Positions 1-15,340 are shown, counted from the first letter of the stretch. The stretch is 64,000 bases of DNA from the human T2T-CHM13v2.0 reference genome, Homo sapiens (GCF_009914755.1 NC_060945.1), one strand, 5' to 3'. Notes: generated by a model from the letters alone, not told the origin. Program-made: numbers and translations.

Positions 1-405
1 GTGTGGACGTGAAGGGGAGTATATTAAAAAAGGATTCTCGTACAACATAATGGAGCAGGAAAGTTTGTTCGTCCCAGGCAAACAGAAAAGTATCTGCAAT
101 AGTGCTGAATATTTTGTAAATCACATTGTGTCCTAAATTAACTGAACTCGAGATTTCATTCATTTTAGAAAAGGTGGTAAATAGGGTGTTTTGAAACAAC
201 ATTGTTGCTGTTTATTCTTCAATGAGTTGCTAACAAATTATTCCAAATGTATTGGTGTGATGATTAAGATTTATCACTTACAAACCAGGAATTCCCTAGA
301 AATCAAAGAACAAGAGTATAACTGTGAAAAAAGAATCTCTCATTTGGCTATGTATGCCCTTGTGTGTCATATTCCTGGGCAACACACGGTTATAAAAATG
401 GACTC

Positions 406-751
<346 letters not shown>

Positions 752-1099
752 TTACCTCAATCAAAGGTTGTCCCTATTAGTGAGTGGAAACTAATTCTTC
801 ACCCGTAACCACTATCTGTGTCCTGTCTCCTGAGTAACCCTCTAAGAACAGAACTACAGAAATCAGTCCTATGTCTTCCCTCTATGAGCCCAGTTCTCTG
901 GCTAGCCCTTGTCTACCTGAATCCCACGTTAATTCTCCAACAAGAATAGAATCTGAAAAACTAAAATATTGGAAATCTTACCTAGTTTTTCCTCCTACAT
1001 CCCTCTGAAGCTGGATCCTTTAATGATCGATCACCTGAAAGAAATGTGATGTAGAAATATCACCAGAAAATATGAAATTTAAGATACAATGCACTTGCT

Positions 1100-1740
1100 A
1101 TGGCTAGATAGGTATATTGGTATAATCACTTTCTAGAGCAATTTTACATCTACGACATTTGAAAATGCCCAAAGCTTATTCAGCAATTTCACTTCTAGGT
1201 ATGAAACCTGGAAAAGCTGTCAAGAGTTTGTGCATAATTGTATCATAATATTGTCATAAAATAATCTAAATGTCCATCAACACAGAAATGGATGAATAAA
1301 ATGCAGTATATTTATGTGGTGAAATAATATAAAGTTTAAATGGGAAAAACAAATCCATATGCATCAACTAGGTAGATATCCATATTATAATATTGAGTAA
1401 AACATTTATTTTCTGCTTAAGGACACTTATAGAAATGAAAAGGTAGTGTTATTATTTATGGATATATATGTATAATATATACATATACATCTATACCTTC
1501 AAATTTCTTTGAATACAAGAAGCTAGAATATGATGACGAAAATCAACTTCCAAACAGTTTTCCTTCTGGGAAAGGAGAGAGGAAAATTGGACTGGAGGAG
1601 GAACAAAGAAAAGTTAAAATATTATCTATAATTTTTTTTATAGAATTATTCTAAAGCAATTGTGATCAATCGTTAAAATTGATCATGATGACTTCATGGG
1701 TGTCTGTAATGTATATTACATTCTGTCTTTCTTTTTAAAA
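1100..1740 (+). mobile_element. Old L1 (L1M/L1ME-type) 3' fragment
   Basis: Degenerate L1 ORF2-end motifs (cagcaatttcacttctaggt, aaatgtccatcaacacagaaatggatgaataaa); boundaries approximate. Confidence 0.55.
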
Positions 1741-2037
1741 TTAGAAAGGAAAGGCACACAGCCCAGTTTGAGGATAATGTTGAAGGCCTGGAATAGAGGG
1801 CTTGGGTTGCTTATGTTGGGAGCCATCTCTCCTCTTTTCTCCTTTGAACTCACATTGAATTTCCTCTACTTGTCTTTAATTCTGCATTGATTAGCCCAGT
1901 ACACCTTTTACTTTGTTTTCATTTTATCTCTAAAATAATTTTACGTAGTGAGAAAGGCAGGCATTACTATGGCATTAGTTTCCTTAATGCTAATAAAATG
2001 AGGTGACTTTGCAACATGCATGTACTGATAGGCCAAC

Positions 2038-2193
2038 CTCTGGATTAAGTCTAGGACCGGTCATCTTTCCAGTTTACTCTGTTGAGCTTGTCATAGAAGC
2101 AGGTGTACACCACGTCAGAGTGGTAGCATTAACAGCAGTTGTAGCTTTTGTTGTTGCTGCCACAGTCTTGTTACCACTTTATCTCAAATACGG
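2038..2193 (-). other. Candidate exon (156 nt) of an unidentified minus-strand transcript
   Basis: Minus strand: ttgctttatag acceptor and GAG|gttggc donor; non-repetitive and retains CpGs; stops in all three frames, so not a fully coding internal exon. Confidence 0.3.
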
Positions 2194-3566
2194 CTATAAA
2201 GCAAATGTATTTTAGAACACTCTCCAGCTGTTTTGTGCCGCAAAGATACAAGGCACTGGGAGGAAAGCAATCCACCATAACGGTTTCTTGGTGGCTTTCT
2301 CCAATCAGTATTACATAGGTAGGGAATTTGTTTTGACTATGGTATGAGGTAATGTATTATTTTCTGGCTTAAAAACTGACAGCTAAAAGGGGTTTTGAAT
2401 GAAAATTGTGACATTTACAGAGAGAGCAATGATCTTATACAGAAGTCAGGTGGTGGCTTTTTTTTTTTTGCCATTCTGACAGACAGAAGACCTACAGTGA
2501 AGTTATTTTTTTGTCTTGTTAAAACAAATAACTGAAGTAATTCATACCTTTTTTCTGCCCTATTTTTGCTTTGTGTACAATTAAGTATTAAAAGACAATT
2601 TTTCTATTGGGTAAGATTTACCACTGTGTGTATTGATTTCCTTTGAAGTTACTGCAATTGTCTAAGCTGTTACAAGTTTTTATAGCACCATAATGTTCAT
2701 TTAAAATGACCAAAAAAGAGTAAGGATCTCAGGCAAATATAATTATAGAAGTTTACACCAATAATATAATAAACTTTGGCTTTAGGAGAATGCTCTAAAA
2801 TTGCCTTTCTATACATACTACAGGCAACAAAAATGCTATAACAAAGATATTAATTTCCCTAGGACATTCAGCCTATTTGCCTAGAATTTTATTGTTGAAC
2901 ATATTGCTAAATATTCAGTTGCAGGAGTGTTTGCATAGTATCCCCCAAATTTACTATTTTAAGTGGTTCATTACCACCTACTGTATTTTGTTAGCTTTTG
3001 CCTGTATACCCTGCAGTTATAGTCTAAGGAAAGATAAATAAATGAAAGCAATAGAGATTCATGGTTCATGTATTTTAAATATTTGAATGGCAAGTTACAG
3101 CTGCCCATACAAATTTATAGAGACAGGCAATCTCAGCACTGTGACGGAACTTCATATAAATGTCAACAGGCATTCAAAGGTTGTACTTTCACTAATTTCA
3201 CAATGGGTAAGTCTCTCTTGACTTCCTGCCTTCTGAAACAGTTCGTTTGATGCCTTCCTGACTCTTTACACCCTCGGCAAAGGCCGCGGTAGTAAAGGTC
3301 CTTCCAGGACTGGCATGTGGTCATGAACAGCCTGTGTGGGCCTCATATAGTCCCAGCTCATCTGGCAGGATTGGGATGAATGTGATGCTGTGGCCAAATG
3401 TTACTTTAAGGGGCCATAAATGTCTTAGAGTATATTGCTTTATTTCCTTGCCTATATAAGAACAAATTTACATTTCGGGAAATATTAGAAGATTTTTTTT
3501 CTATATTTCCTAACTCTCTTTTTTTTCACTAAAGTTCTAATGTCTAGCTACAGAAATTTGATGTAG

Positions 3567-3939
<373 letters not shown>

Positions 3940-4882
3940 TGATTTTTTTTTTTTATTTTTGTGGCTACATAGTAGGTGTACATATTTATGGGATACATGA
4001 AATACTTTGATGCAGGCATGCAATGTGCAGTTATCACATCATGTAAAATTAGAGTATCCAGCATTTATCTTTTGTGTTAAAATCCAATTATACTCTGTTA
4101 TTTTTAAATGTATAAATGAATTATTATTGACTTCAGTCACCTTGTGCTATCAAATACTAGGTCTTACTCATTCTTTATAACTACTTTCTGTACCCATTAA
4201 CCTCTACTTGCCCCTACCCAACTGTCCTTCTCAGCCTCTGGTAACCATTCTTCTACTCTCCATCTCCATGAGTTCAATCGTTTTATTTTTTAGCTCCCAC
4301 AAATAAATGAGAATAGGCAAAGTTTGTCCTTCTCTGGCTTATTTCACTTAATATAATGACCTCCAGTTCCATCCATGTTGTTGCAAATAAAAGGATCTCA
4401 TTCTTTTTATGACTGAACAGTACTCCATTGTGTGTATAAGTACTACATTTTCTTTTTCCATTTATCTGTTGATGGACACGTAGGTTGCTTCCAAATCTTG
4501 GCTATTGTGAGCAGTGCTGCAGCAAACATAGGAGTGCAAATCTCTCTTCAGTATACTGATTACCTTTCTTTTGGGCATATACCCAGCAGTAGAATTGCTG
4601 TATTAGATGGTAGCTCTATTTTTAGTTTTTTGACTAAAAATACTTAAATTCCAAACTGTTTTCCATAGTCGTTGTACTAATTTTCATTCCTACCAACTGT
4701 GTACAAGGATCCCTTTTTCTTCACATCCTTGCCAGCTTCTTTTATTGCCTGTCTTTGGATAAAAGCCATTTTAAATGGAGCAAGATGATATCTCATTGTC
4801 ATTTGGATTTGCATTTCTCTAATGATCAATGCTGTTGGGCACCTTTTCATATGCCTGTTTCTCATTTGTATGTCTTGTTTTA

Positions 4883-5101
<219 letters not shown>

Positions 5102-5756
5102 TCAGATCTTTTGACAATGTTTAAATCAGATTATTCGATTATTTTCCCATAGATTTGTTTGAGTTCCTTATATATTTTGGTTATTAAGCCTTGTCAGATG
5201 GGTAGTTTGCAAATATTTTCTCCCATTCTGTGGGTTGTCTCTTCACCTTGTTGATTGTATCTTTTGCTGTGCAGAAGCTTCATAACTTGATGAGATCCCG
5301 TTTGTCTGTTTTGCTTTGGTTACTCGTGCTTGTGGGGTATTGCTCAAAAAATTTTTGCCTAAACTGATCTCGTAGAGATCTCCTCCAATGTTTTCTTACA
5401 GTAGTTTCATAGTTAGAGGTCTTACATTTAATCCATCTTCATTTGACTTTTGTATATGGCAAGAGATGGAGTCTAGTTTCATTCTTCTGCATATGGGTAT
5501 CCAGTTTTCCCAGAACCATTTATTGAAAAGACTGTCTTTCCCCAGTGTATGTTCTCAGTACCTTTGTCAAAAATGAGTTCACTCTAGGTATGTGGATATA
5601 TTTCTGGATTCTCTGTTTTCGTGGGTCTATGTGTCCTTTGTATGTTTTCTAATTTGTGATTACCATGATGCTTGCAAATACTATCTTATAACCAATTATT
5701 TTAAACTGGTGACAATTTAACACTGATTGCATAAACAAATAAATAAACAAACAAAA

Positions 5757-7232
5757 AGCTTTTCTAGGCACATGGTGCAAGCTGTCAGTGGATCTACCAT
5801 TCTGGGGTCTGGAGAACAGTGTCCCTCTTCTCACAGATCCACTAGGCAGTACCCTCGTAGGGACTCTGTGTAGTGGCTTTGACCCCACATTTCCCTTCTG
5901 CACAGCCCTAGCAGAGGTTCTCCATGAAGACCCTGCCCCTGCAGCACACTTTTGCCTGGGCATTCAGGCATTTCCATACATCTTCTGAAATCTAGGTGGA
6001 GGTTCCCAAACCTCAGTTCTTGACTTCTGTGTACCTCAATACTTTCTGTGCAGCCCCAACACCACATGGAAGCTGCCAAGGCTTAGGGCTTCCACCCTCT
6101 GAAGTCACAGCCCAAGCTGTACACTGGCTCCTTGCAGCCTTGGCTGTAGCAGCTGGGACACAAGGCATCAAGTCCCTAGGTGGCACACAGCAAGGGGGCC
6201 CTAGGCCTGGCCCACAGAATCACTTTTTCCTCCTGAGCCTCCAGAACTGTGATGGGAGGGGCTGCAGTGAAGCTCTATGACATGGCCTGGAGACATTTTC
6301 CCCAAGGTCTTGGGAATTAACGTTAGGTTCCTTGCTACTTATGCAAATTTCAGCAGCTGGCTTGAATTTCTCCTAAAAAAACACAGGCTTTTTTTTTTTC
6401 TACTGCATCGTCAGGCTGCAAATTTTCTGAACTTTTATGCTCTGTTTCCCTTTTAAACTTGAATGCTTTTTAACAAAACCCCAGTCACATTTTGAATGCT
6501 TTGCTGCTTAGAAATTTCTTCTGCCAGATACTCAAAATCATCTTTCTCAAGTTCAAAGTTCCACAAATCTCTAGAGCAGGAGCAAAATGCCACTGGCCTC
6601 CTTACAAAAACATAACAAGGATTACCTTTGCTCCAGTTCCCAACAAGTTCCTCAACTCCATCTGAGACCACCTCAGCCTGAACCTTATTGTTCATATCAC
6701 TATCAGCACTTCTTTAATCAAAGCCATTCAACAAAGGGATCTCAAGGAAGTTCCAAACTTTCCCACATTTTCCTGTCTTCTGAATTCTCCAAACTGTTCC
6801 AATCTCTGCCTGTTACCCAGTTCCAAAATTGCTTCCACATTTTCCGGTATCTTTTCAGCAACACCCCACTCTCCATACCAATTTACCATATTAGTTCATT
6901 TTCATGCTGCTGATAAAGCATATCTGACACTGGGAACGAAAGGAGGTTTAATTGGGCTTACAGTTCCACATGGCTGGGGAGCCCTCAGAATCATGGTGGG
7001 AGGGGAAAGACACTTCTTACATGGTAGTAGCAAGAGAAAAATGAAGAAGTAAAAGCAGAAACCCCTGATAAATCCATCAGATCTCGTGAGACTTACTCAC
7101 TATCACGAGAATAGCATGGCAAAGACTGGCCACCGGGATTCAATTACCTCCCCCTGAGTCCCTCCCACAACACGTGGGAATTCTGGGACATACAATTCGA
7201 GATTGAGGGGGTGACACAGCCAAACCATATCA
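5757..7232 (-). mobile_element. THE1 (ERVL-MaLR) provirus, 3'-truncated: 5' LTR ~6886-7232 plus internal region
   Basis: LTR ends ...cagccaaaccatatca (reverse complement of tgatatggtttggctg); internal region aligns antisense to the copies at 13545-15340 and 26900-28359. Confidence 0.9.
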
Positions 7233-10200
7233 GACCGTGTATTTTCAGATAGCCAGTTTTTAAGCTATTTCTTTCTTGTACTCTATCAATTCTGCTAAGA
7301 GGCTCTGATGCATTCTTCAGGATGTCAATTAAACTTTCAACTCTAGAATTTCTGCTTGATTCTTTTTCATTATTTCAAATCTAAAAAAATTCTGAATTAT
7401 TTCTTTGTCTTATCTTGAATTTCTTTGAGTTTCCCCAAACAGCTATCTTGAATTATCTGTCTGAAAAGTCATGTATCTCTGTCTCTCCAGGATTGGTCCC
7501 TATTGCCTTATTTAGTTTATTTGGTGAGGACATGTTTTCCTAGAGGGTCTTAATGCTTCTAGATGTTTGTCAGGGTCTGGGTGTTAAAGAGTTACCTATT
7601 TATTGTAATCTTTGCCATCTGTGCCTATCTTACTTGGGAAGGTTTTCCAGGTATTTGGAAGGACTTAGGCCCCAAGCCCAAAAATTATGTGGTTCTTGAA
7701 TACTCGCAGAGGTACCACTTTGGTGGTCTTGAATAAGATCCAGATGAATTCTCTGGATTTCCAGGCAAAGACTCTTGTTTTATTTTCTTACTTCCTCCCA
7801 AACAAATGGAGTCTCTCTCTCTCTGTGCTGAGCTGCATGGAGATGGGAGTGGGGTGATGCAAGCACCCCAGTGGCCACCACCACTGGGACTGCTCTGGGT
7901 CATACTTGAAGCCAGCCCAGCACTGGATATCACCCACCGCCCACTTTAACCAGTACCTGGCTTCTACCTATGTTCGCTCAAGGCCCTATAGCTCTACAGT
8001 CAGCAGGTGGGGAATCCAGGCAGGTTTCTATCTTTCTCTTCAGAGCAGTATGTTCCCCAAGCCTTGAGTATCTCCAGAAGTAATGTCTTAGAACCAGAGA
8101 TTAGAGTCAAAATCCTTAGAAATCTACCTGGTGTTCTACCCTACTGCAGCTAAGCGGGTCTTCAACCCATAACTTCAAGTTCTTTCCTCTCTTCCGTCTC
8201 CTTTCCATAGGCAAAGGAGACTTTCTCAGTGGACGCCGCCAACACTGGCCCACAGGAAGTTATGCCAGACAGCCGTCAATATTCACTTAAGGCCCAAGGG
8301 CTCTTCTGTCAGCCTGTGGTGAATGCTGCCTGGCCTGGGACTCACCCTTCAGGGCAGTGGCCTCCTATCTGACCAAGCAAAGGTCCAGAAATGCTATCCA
8401 AGAGCCTAGACCTGGACTCAGGGACCCTCAGTCCTGCTTGGTGCCCTACCCTACCTTGGCTGAGCTGGTACCTAAGGTGCAAGATAAAGTCCCTTTCACT
8501 TTTCCCTCTGCTTTTCTCAAGCAGAAGAGAGTCTTTCACTGTAGTCACTACAGCTGGGAACGTTCTAGGTCTCACCTGAAGTAAGCATATCTCAGAGTCT
8601 TACCCAAGGCCCATGGCATGCTACCTGGGTATTACTGTTGAATTTTCAGGCCCTAAGGGCTCTTGAGTGAATAGGTGATGAATCCTGGCAGGACTGAGCC
8701 TTTCCCTTCAAGTCAGCAGGTTCCCTTCTGGCCCAGGGTATGTCTAGAAGTGTCATCCAGAAGCTGTGACCTGGAATGGGGGCCTCACGACTCTCTGTCC
8801 AGTGCCTTATATTACTGTGGCTGAGCTGGTATCCAAGATGCAAGAAAAATTGCTCTTTACTTTTTGCTCTCCTCTCCTCAAGCAGAAGGAAAAAGTCATT
8901 TTCATTGCTGTGAGCTATGCTGTCTGTTATTGAGGGAGTGGTAGTGCAAACACTTCCTTATCTCACCCAGTTGGTGTCTCCCTAGGTGACATGCCACCCT
9001 AGTCCACTGGCTCTAAGCCCTTTCCAGAGCTAGGACTTGCCTAGGAATTGCAGTCCTTGTGTCCTTGACTGCCTTTCAAGATTACCTAGGACTATAAAAC
9101 ACTTTAGCCTGCAGAAGTGAGTCTTGCTGAGAACCTCAAGTTCCAGCCACTGGGATGGGCAATTCTCCTCAGCGAGGGCCAGCCCAAGTGTTTTCTCCAT
9201 GGGCAGGTGCCTGCTGAGCTAAGCACAACTTTGCTCTTGACTGTGGCAGGGCAGCAGTGAGTTCAATGCCAAGTCCCCCAGTGGCTGTGCTCCCCTCACT
9301 CCGAGTGCACAGATTCTGTCTGCATTCCATGCAGCTGCTGCCTAGGAATGGTAGCAGAGTAGCATCAGCAATTCAAGACTGTCTTTCCTACCCTCTTCAG
9401 TGCCTCTTTTAGCAACATGAAGTTAAAACCAGGTACTGTGGTTGCTCACCTGATTTGTGGTTCTAATGACAATGCTCTTTTGTGTGCAGATAGTTGTTAA
9501 AATTTGGCGTTCCTGTGAGAGGGACAATCAGTGGAGGCTTCTACTCAGCCACCTTGCTCCACTTATTAAAGTACCTTTTTTTTCCCTTCATTTGTGACCA
9601 TCATTTGGATTTGCTTCACCAAAGCACAAAAAGTGTAATTCAGATTGAAGATTTTATCCTGTATTTTTTTTCCTACTTCCTATATCTTTAACCTTTTATC
9701 CATAGGGGAGAGAGAGAAATATAATCTGATACAGCCTATTGGAATTACCCTTAATACCACCCTTATATCAGAGTTTACTCAAATTTAAATTATTAAATTT
9801 TCAAATTAGGATTTCCTATTCTATCCTCAGCCACCTTTTAAATATTCATGAATATCTTTTATAAGTTTTAAAATTATTTTGTAAAATGAATACAGGACTC
9901 TCCCTTTATTTGTGCTTTGTTCTTAACTAAATTCAAGTTTTGTGATTAAAAAAATCAAAGTATACCTCAACTTCTGTTGCAGTTTTCCTGCTTTATCTCA
10001 CTACTGTACTTACCTTGCCTTACCTAGTCAGAGGCTAACATATTTCTCTTCAAAAAGATTCAAAATAAAATTCTAGAGCAACTTCCTGATTAGTAATGGG
10101 GTTAAAATAAAAAACAATATTGCCTTGGAGAAAATTTCTGTCTTCCTCTTTAAAATGAAGCATTATAAGACAAGAGAGAAGTACTACCTTGAATAAAAAC

Positions 10201-10879
10201 CCATCGAAGCTTTTCTGGCAAAAGCTTTTTCCCTGCTGCGTCTTTATTGATTCCTTCAAGCTTCACATCCATGTTAGATATATTTGTAGGTATTAATGAG
10301 ACAGAGCATGCAGTCCAATGGAGTTACACAGTTTTAAGAAGTCTAGAGCTAATCAATTCAACAGATAGAGGAGTGTTACATTTCCAAAATGATTTTATAT
10401 GAAATGAGACACTTTTGAAGTAGTACTAAGACATGCACACACAAAAAACTTTAATATATGTTTTAAAAAGAAGCTTAATAAATATAAGCTTTTATTAATT
10501 AAAATTTGAAATAAATATCTCTTCAGTACAGAATATATGTGAGATGAAATCTAAGAGGTTTAGTAGAGAGAATACATATAAAATTCTGAGTAGAGAGAAC
10601 ATATATAATTCAGATAAATTATGATGATGATCACCTATGCAAAAATATACGAGATTTAACAATTGATTCAAGATTTCAGGCTAGGAAACAAAATAAAATG
10701 AATGCATTGTGTTTCTCCTTTATGGATTTCTTCATTTGGAATTCCACTGAAAATGTGTGCTCTCTACTCCTAAGTGTATGGTGTGGAAAAAATAAAAACC
10801 TAATAGGTGGCACGCCCATAAAGTATATTTTAGAAAAAGTTAGGTAATCTTAGCAGAAATTATGAATAAGAATTTTTAA

Positions 10880-12280
10880 ATTCAAATATGAAACTATAAT
10901 AACCATAGGGTGTGAGCAGGAGGCTGCGAATCTAGATTTCAGACCCTGAAGGGCTGCTGCAGGAAACCAAGAAAGCAACAGAGGACATGGCAGAGCTCAA
11001 GATATTTGCTGAGACCAAATAAAAGGCAACAACAACAACAAAAACACAATAAAACTCCTAAGCAGACTCATGTTGTAGCCTCTACAGTAACCAATAAAGA
11101 ACAGAAATAGAATGCATAACAAGTTGATAGAAAAGATGGAATAATAAAATATTGTGCAATTTATTAATATGAACATTATGCTGCTATAAAAATTAACTAT
11201 TTCAAAACTAAAAGTAAAATCACATTCCTCTTTTACATATGATCAAAATAGATATCTTACATGGACTAAACATTTATATATCAAAATAAAGTGATAAATG
11301 TAAAGGAAGAAAATATTGTTGAATATTTGTATCATATGAAAGAGGTTCTGAGCATGATGGAGCAGTTGTGTGGATTTTCATTTAATAAAATCTTTAAGTG
11401 TCTTTGTATGAATTGGCTTTTAAACATCTACAAAGCAAATGATAAATTTAAAAGTTACAATCTATTATTGTATGTACTTGAAAGGAAACAAAATGGATTA
11501 CAAAAAAAACTATTGAGAACATTTTTAGGTCACTTTCTAAAGGATAGATGATAGTCGGATTCCGATTTGTTACTCTAAAAATATAAAGCAACAGATATCA
11601 ATTGTTATACACCCAATTAGAAAATAGAGAGAACTGTTGATATACATAAAACACGCTTTTTAACAAGGGTTTGGGGAGAAAGACACTCATAAAATTAATA
11701 GAGGACTATAAAATAGTACCTTTTTTCTGGATATAAATTTGATATTATACATCTGAAACTAGCAACTCCAGTTCTGAGATTTATCTTAAGCAAGTAATCA
11801 AATATGTACCCAAAGATGATGATGGTAACAGTGAGAAATTGCTTATAACAATAAAAAATTGGAAACTTGAATGCATAATATCAAGGTGTTAGGTACACTA
11901 AAGACAGCTAAATAAAATGCTGATAAAATGCTAAATAAAATGATAAATAAAATGGAATATTATATAGCAATGTTATATAAATATATATAAATTATATATA
12001 AATTTATATAAAAATTATATAAAAAATAGCTTATAGTCTTGGAAAACCCCATTTATTAACAATTTTTTGGAGCATCAGTTTATTTTGTAACGAAAGTATT
12101 TACATATCTAACTGCATATACATACAAACACACATGCATTACATTGGGAAATTACACATCACCTGGTAACAACAGAAATACATAACTAGTGGAATTTTTG
12201 TAATACATTTTGTTTTGCTTATACATATATTTTTCTCAATAAATATGTATTACTTGCAAAATAAGTAATAAAAATACTAT
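10880..12280 (+). mobile_element. Highly diverged L1 fragments with AT-rich low-complexity patch (11960-12030)
   Basis: A-rich strand bias and degenerate L1 3' motifs (agcaactccagttctgagatttatc, aattggaaac). Confidence 0.45.
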
Positions 12281-12769
12281 CTACAACCCCAGGGTAGAAG
12301 CAGCTGCAGAATTCAGTTCACTTCCCCAAGGTTCTTCCATCTCTAGAGTTTTAACCCTCCACGTGTCCACTGTACTCAATCTACGATTTCTCTATTTTAT
12401 TTCACTTTTCTAATGAATTTCAGAAGGAGCTCTGCTGTGCCACCAGCTATTTATTTCTCCTGGAAGCAGAGCCTGAAACTTTCATTAAGAAAGGCTTATT
12501 TTTTGTGATAACTGAATGATAATGAAAATGAGAACTTTTGTTAAATTTCAAATTTATATTTACGTAAATGTACAACTACAATAAACACAGTTTCTTTTGC
12601 TTCGATTTATAATTAATCTTAACTAGAATATTGGAAAAACCCAGAGATGTGGCCATGATCACACAGTAGCATTCTTGTGTCATTGCGATGCTAGACTCTA
12701 CAGTGAATCTCTTCAATATGTCACTTGTTCATAAGTAGTGAACTGGTCGCATATCTTGCTTACAAAAAA

Positions 12770-12960
12770 TCATTACCACTTATTATCTAATATAGCAGGC
12801 TTTTTATATTAAATAGTTCTAATTCTCTCAACAACTACATGTAAAAGATAAGGAAACTGAGGTTCTACGAGGTTAACATAAGCAGTTATGTGACTTGGGT
12901 CACAAAAGCAGTAAATCAGCTAAACCAGGATTAAAACTCATATCTGCCTAACTCCAAAAT
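12770..12960 (-). mobile_element. MIR SINE
   Basis: Core agataaggaaactgaggttc...ggtcaca...aaaccaggattaaaactc. Confidence 0.65.
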
Positions 12961-13190
12961 TAATACCTCCTTATACATTTAGAACACTTTTATGGTATCC
13001 TTCAGCAAATCAGACAAGTTCTGACCACACAGAATTTTAGTTGACTGTATTTGTACAGATCTACCTACTTCTCAGGCCCATGTGTTGTTGGCTTTGTAAA
13101 AATGTTGCCAGTACCCTCTATGAGATGTTGCTCCAGTTCCTCATTGCTGCATGGATGCTTTGGCATTGCAAAACCGTTCTCCAATATGAC

Positions 13191-15340
13191 TGATATGGTT
13201 TGGCTGTGTCCCCACCCAAATCTCATCTTGAATTCTAATTCCCACAATTGCCACGTGTTGTGAGAGATACCAGGTGGGAGGTAATTAAATCATAGTGGTG
13301 GGTCTTTTCCATGCTATTCTCATGATAGTGAATAAGTCTCATGTGATGGTTTTATAAAGAGGAGTTTCCTGGCACATGTTCTCCTCTCTGGTCTGCTGCC
13401 ATGTGAGATGTGCCTTTCACCTTCTGCCATCCTTGTGAGGCCTCCCCAGCCATGTGGAACTGTGAGTCCATTGAGCCTCTTTATTTTGTAAATTACCCAA
13501 TCTCGAGTATGTCTTTATTGGCAATGTGAGAACAGATTAATACAATAAATTTGTAGCAGTAGAGTGGGGCACTGCTGAAAAGATTCCCAAAAATGTGGAA
13601 GCAACTTTGGAACTGGGTAACAGGCAGAGGTTGGAACAGTTTGGAGGGCTCAAAAGAAGAGAGGAAAATGTGTGAAAGTTTGGAACTCCCTAGAGATTTG
13701 TTGAATGGCTTTGACCAAAATGTTGGTAATGATATAGACAATGAAATCCAAGCTGAGGTGCTCTCAGTTGGAGATGAAGAACTCGTTGGGAACTGGAGCA
13801 AAGGTGACTCTTGCTATGTTTTAGCAAAGAGACTGGTGACATTTTGCCCCTGCCCTAGAGATTTGTGGAACTTTGAACTTGAGAGAGGTGATTTAGGGTA
13901 TCTGGAAGAAGAAATTTTTTTTTTTTTTTTTGAGATGGAGTCTTGCTCTGTCACCCAGGCTATGGTGCAGTAGTGCTGTCTTGGCTGACTGCAAACTTTG
14001 CCTGTGGGTTCAAGCAATTCTCTACCTCAACCTCCTGAGTAGCTGGGATTATAGGCACCCACCACCACATCTGGTTAATTTTTGTATTTTTAGTAGAGAT
14101 GGGGTTTCACTATCTTGGCCAAGCTGGTCTTGAACTCCTGACCTCATGATCCACCCACCTTGGCCTCCCAAAGTACTGGGATTACAGGCGTGAGCCACCA
14201 CGCCCCACCTGGAGGAAGAACTTTCTAAGCAGCAAAACATTCAAGAGGTGACTTGGGTGCTCTTAAAAGCATTTAGTTTTAAAAGGGAAACAGAGCACAA
14301 AAGTTTGGAAAATTTGCCACCTGACAATGCAATAGAAAAGAAAATCCCATTTTCTAAGGAGAAATTCAAGCTGGCTGCAGAAATTTGCATAAGTAGTGAG
14401 GAGTCAAATGTTAATCAGGAAGACTATGGGGAAAATGTCTCCAGGGCATGTCAGAGAGCTTTGAGGCAGCCCCTCCCATCACAGGTCCAGAGGCCTAGGA
14501 GGAAATAATGGTTTCATGGGCTGGGCCCAGGGTCCGTCTGCTATATGCAGTCTAGGGATTTGGTTCCCTGTGTCCTAGCCACTCCAGCTGTGACTAAAAT
14601 AGGCCAAGGTACAGTTTGGGCCATGGCTTCAGAGGGTGCAAACCTCAAGCCTTGGCAGTTTCCATGCTGTGTTGAGCCTGAGAGTGCACAGAAGTCAAGA
14701 ATTGGGGTTTGGGAATCTTTGCCTAGATTTCAGAGGATGTATGGAAATGCTTGGATGCTCAGGCAGGTTTGCTGCAGGGGTGAGGCTTTCTTGGAAAATC
14801 TCTGCTAGGGTAGTGCAGAAAGAAAATGTGGGGTCAGAGCCCCCACATGGAGTCCCTACTGGAGCACTGCCTAGTGGAGCTGTGAGAAGAGGGCCACTGT
14901 CCTCCAGACCCCAGAATGGTAGATCCACCAACAGCTTGCACTGTGTACCTAGAAAAGCTGTAGACACTCAATGCTGGCCCATGAAAGCAGCCAGGAGGGA
15001 GGCTGTACACTGCCAAGCCATAGAGTGGAGCTGCCCAAAACCATGGGAACTCACCTCTTGCATCAGCATGATCTGGATGTGAGACATGGAGTCAAAGGAG
15101 ATAATTTTGGAGCTTTAAGATTTGACTGCCCCCTGGATTTTGGACTTGCATGGGGCCTTTAGCCCCTTCATTTTGGCCAATATCTCCTGTTTGTAATGGG
15201 TGTATTTATCCAATGCCTGTATCCACATTTTATCTAGGAAGTAATTAACTTGGTATTGATTTTACTGGCTCATTGGCAGAAGGGACTTGCCTTGTCTCAG
15301 ATGAGACTTTGGACTGTGGACTTTTGAGTTAATGCTGAAA
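13191..15340 (+). mobile_element. THE1 provirus: 5' LTR 13191-13544 plus internal region, broken at 15340 before the 3' LTR
   Basis: Begins tgatatggtttggctgtgtccccacccaaatctc; colinear with the intact copy at 26537-28710 until gagttaatgctgaaa, then stops abruptly. Confidence 0.93.
13915..14209 (-). mobile_element. AluS inside the THE1 internal region
   Basis: Antisense Alu flanked by tggaagaagaa / tggaggaagaa TSD. Confidence 0.93.

Noticed and set aside
7900-8900. Repeated blocks (ggctgagctggta, ctcaagcagaag, aagggctctt)
   Set aside because: Internal repeats of the old L1 5'UTR, not a local array
10560-10615. ~28-bp tandem pair, and similar stutters at 11905-11955 and 52292-52341
   Set aside because: Ordinary slippage duplications
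13493-15162. ORFs up to 148 aa, with similar ORFs at 5649-6913 and 26873-28025
   Set aside because: Fragments of THE1 internal sequence, broken at different places in each copy; not host genes
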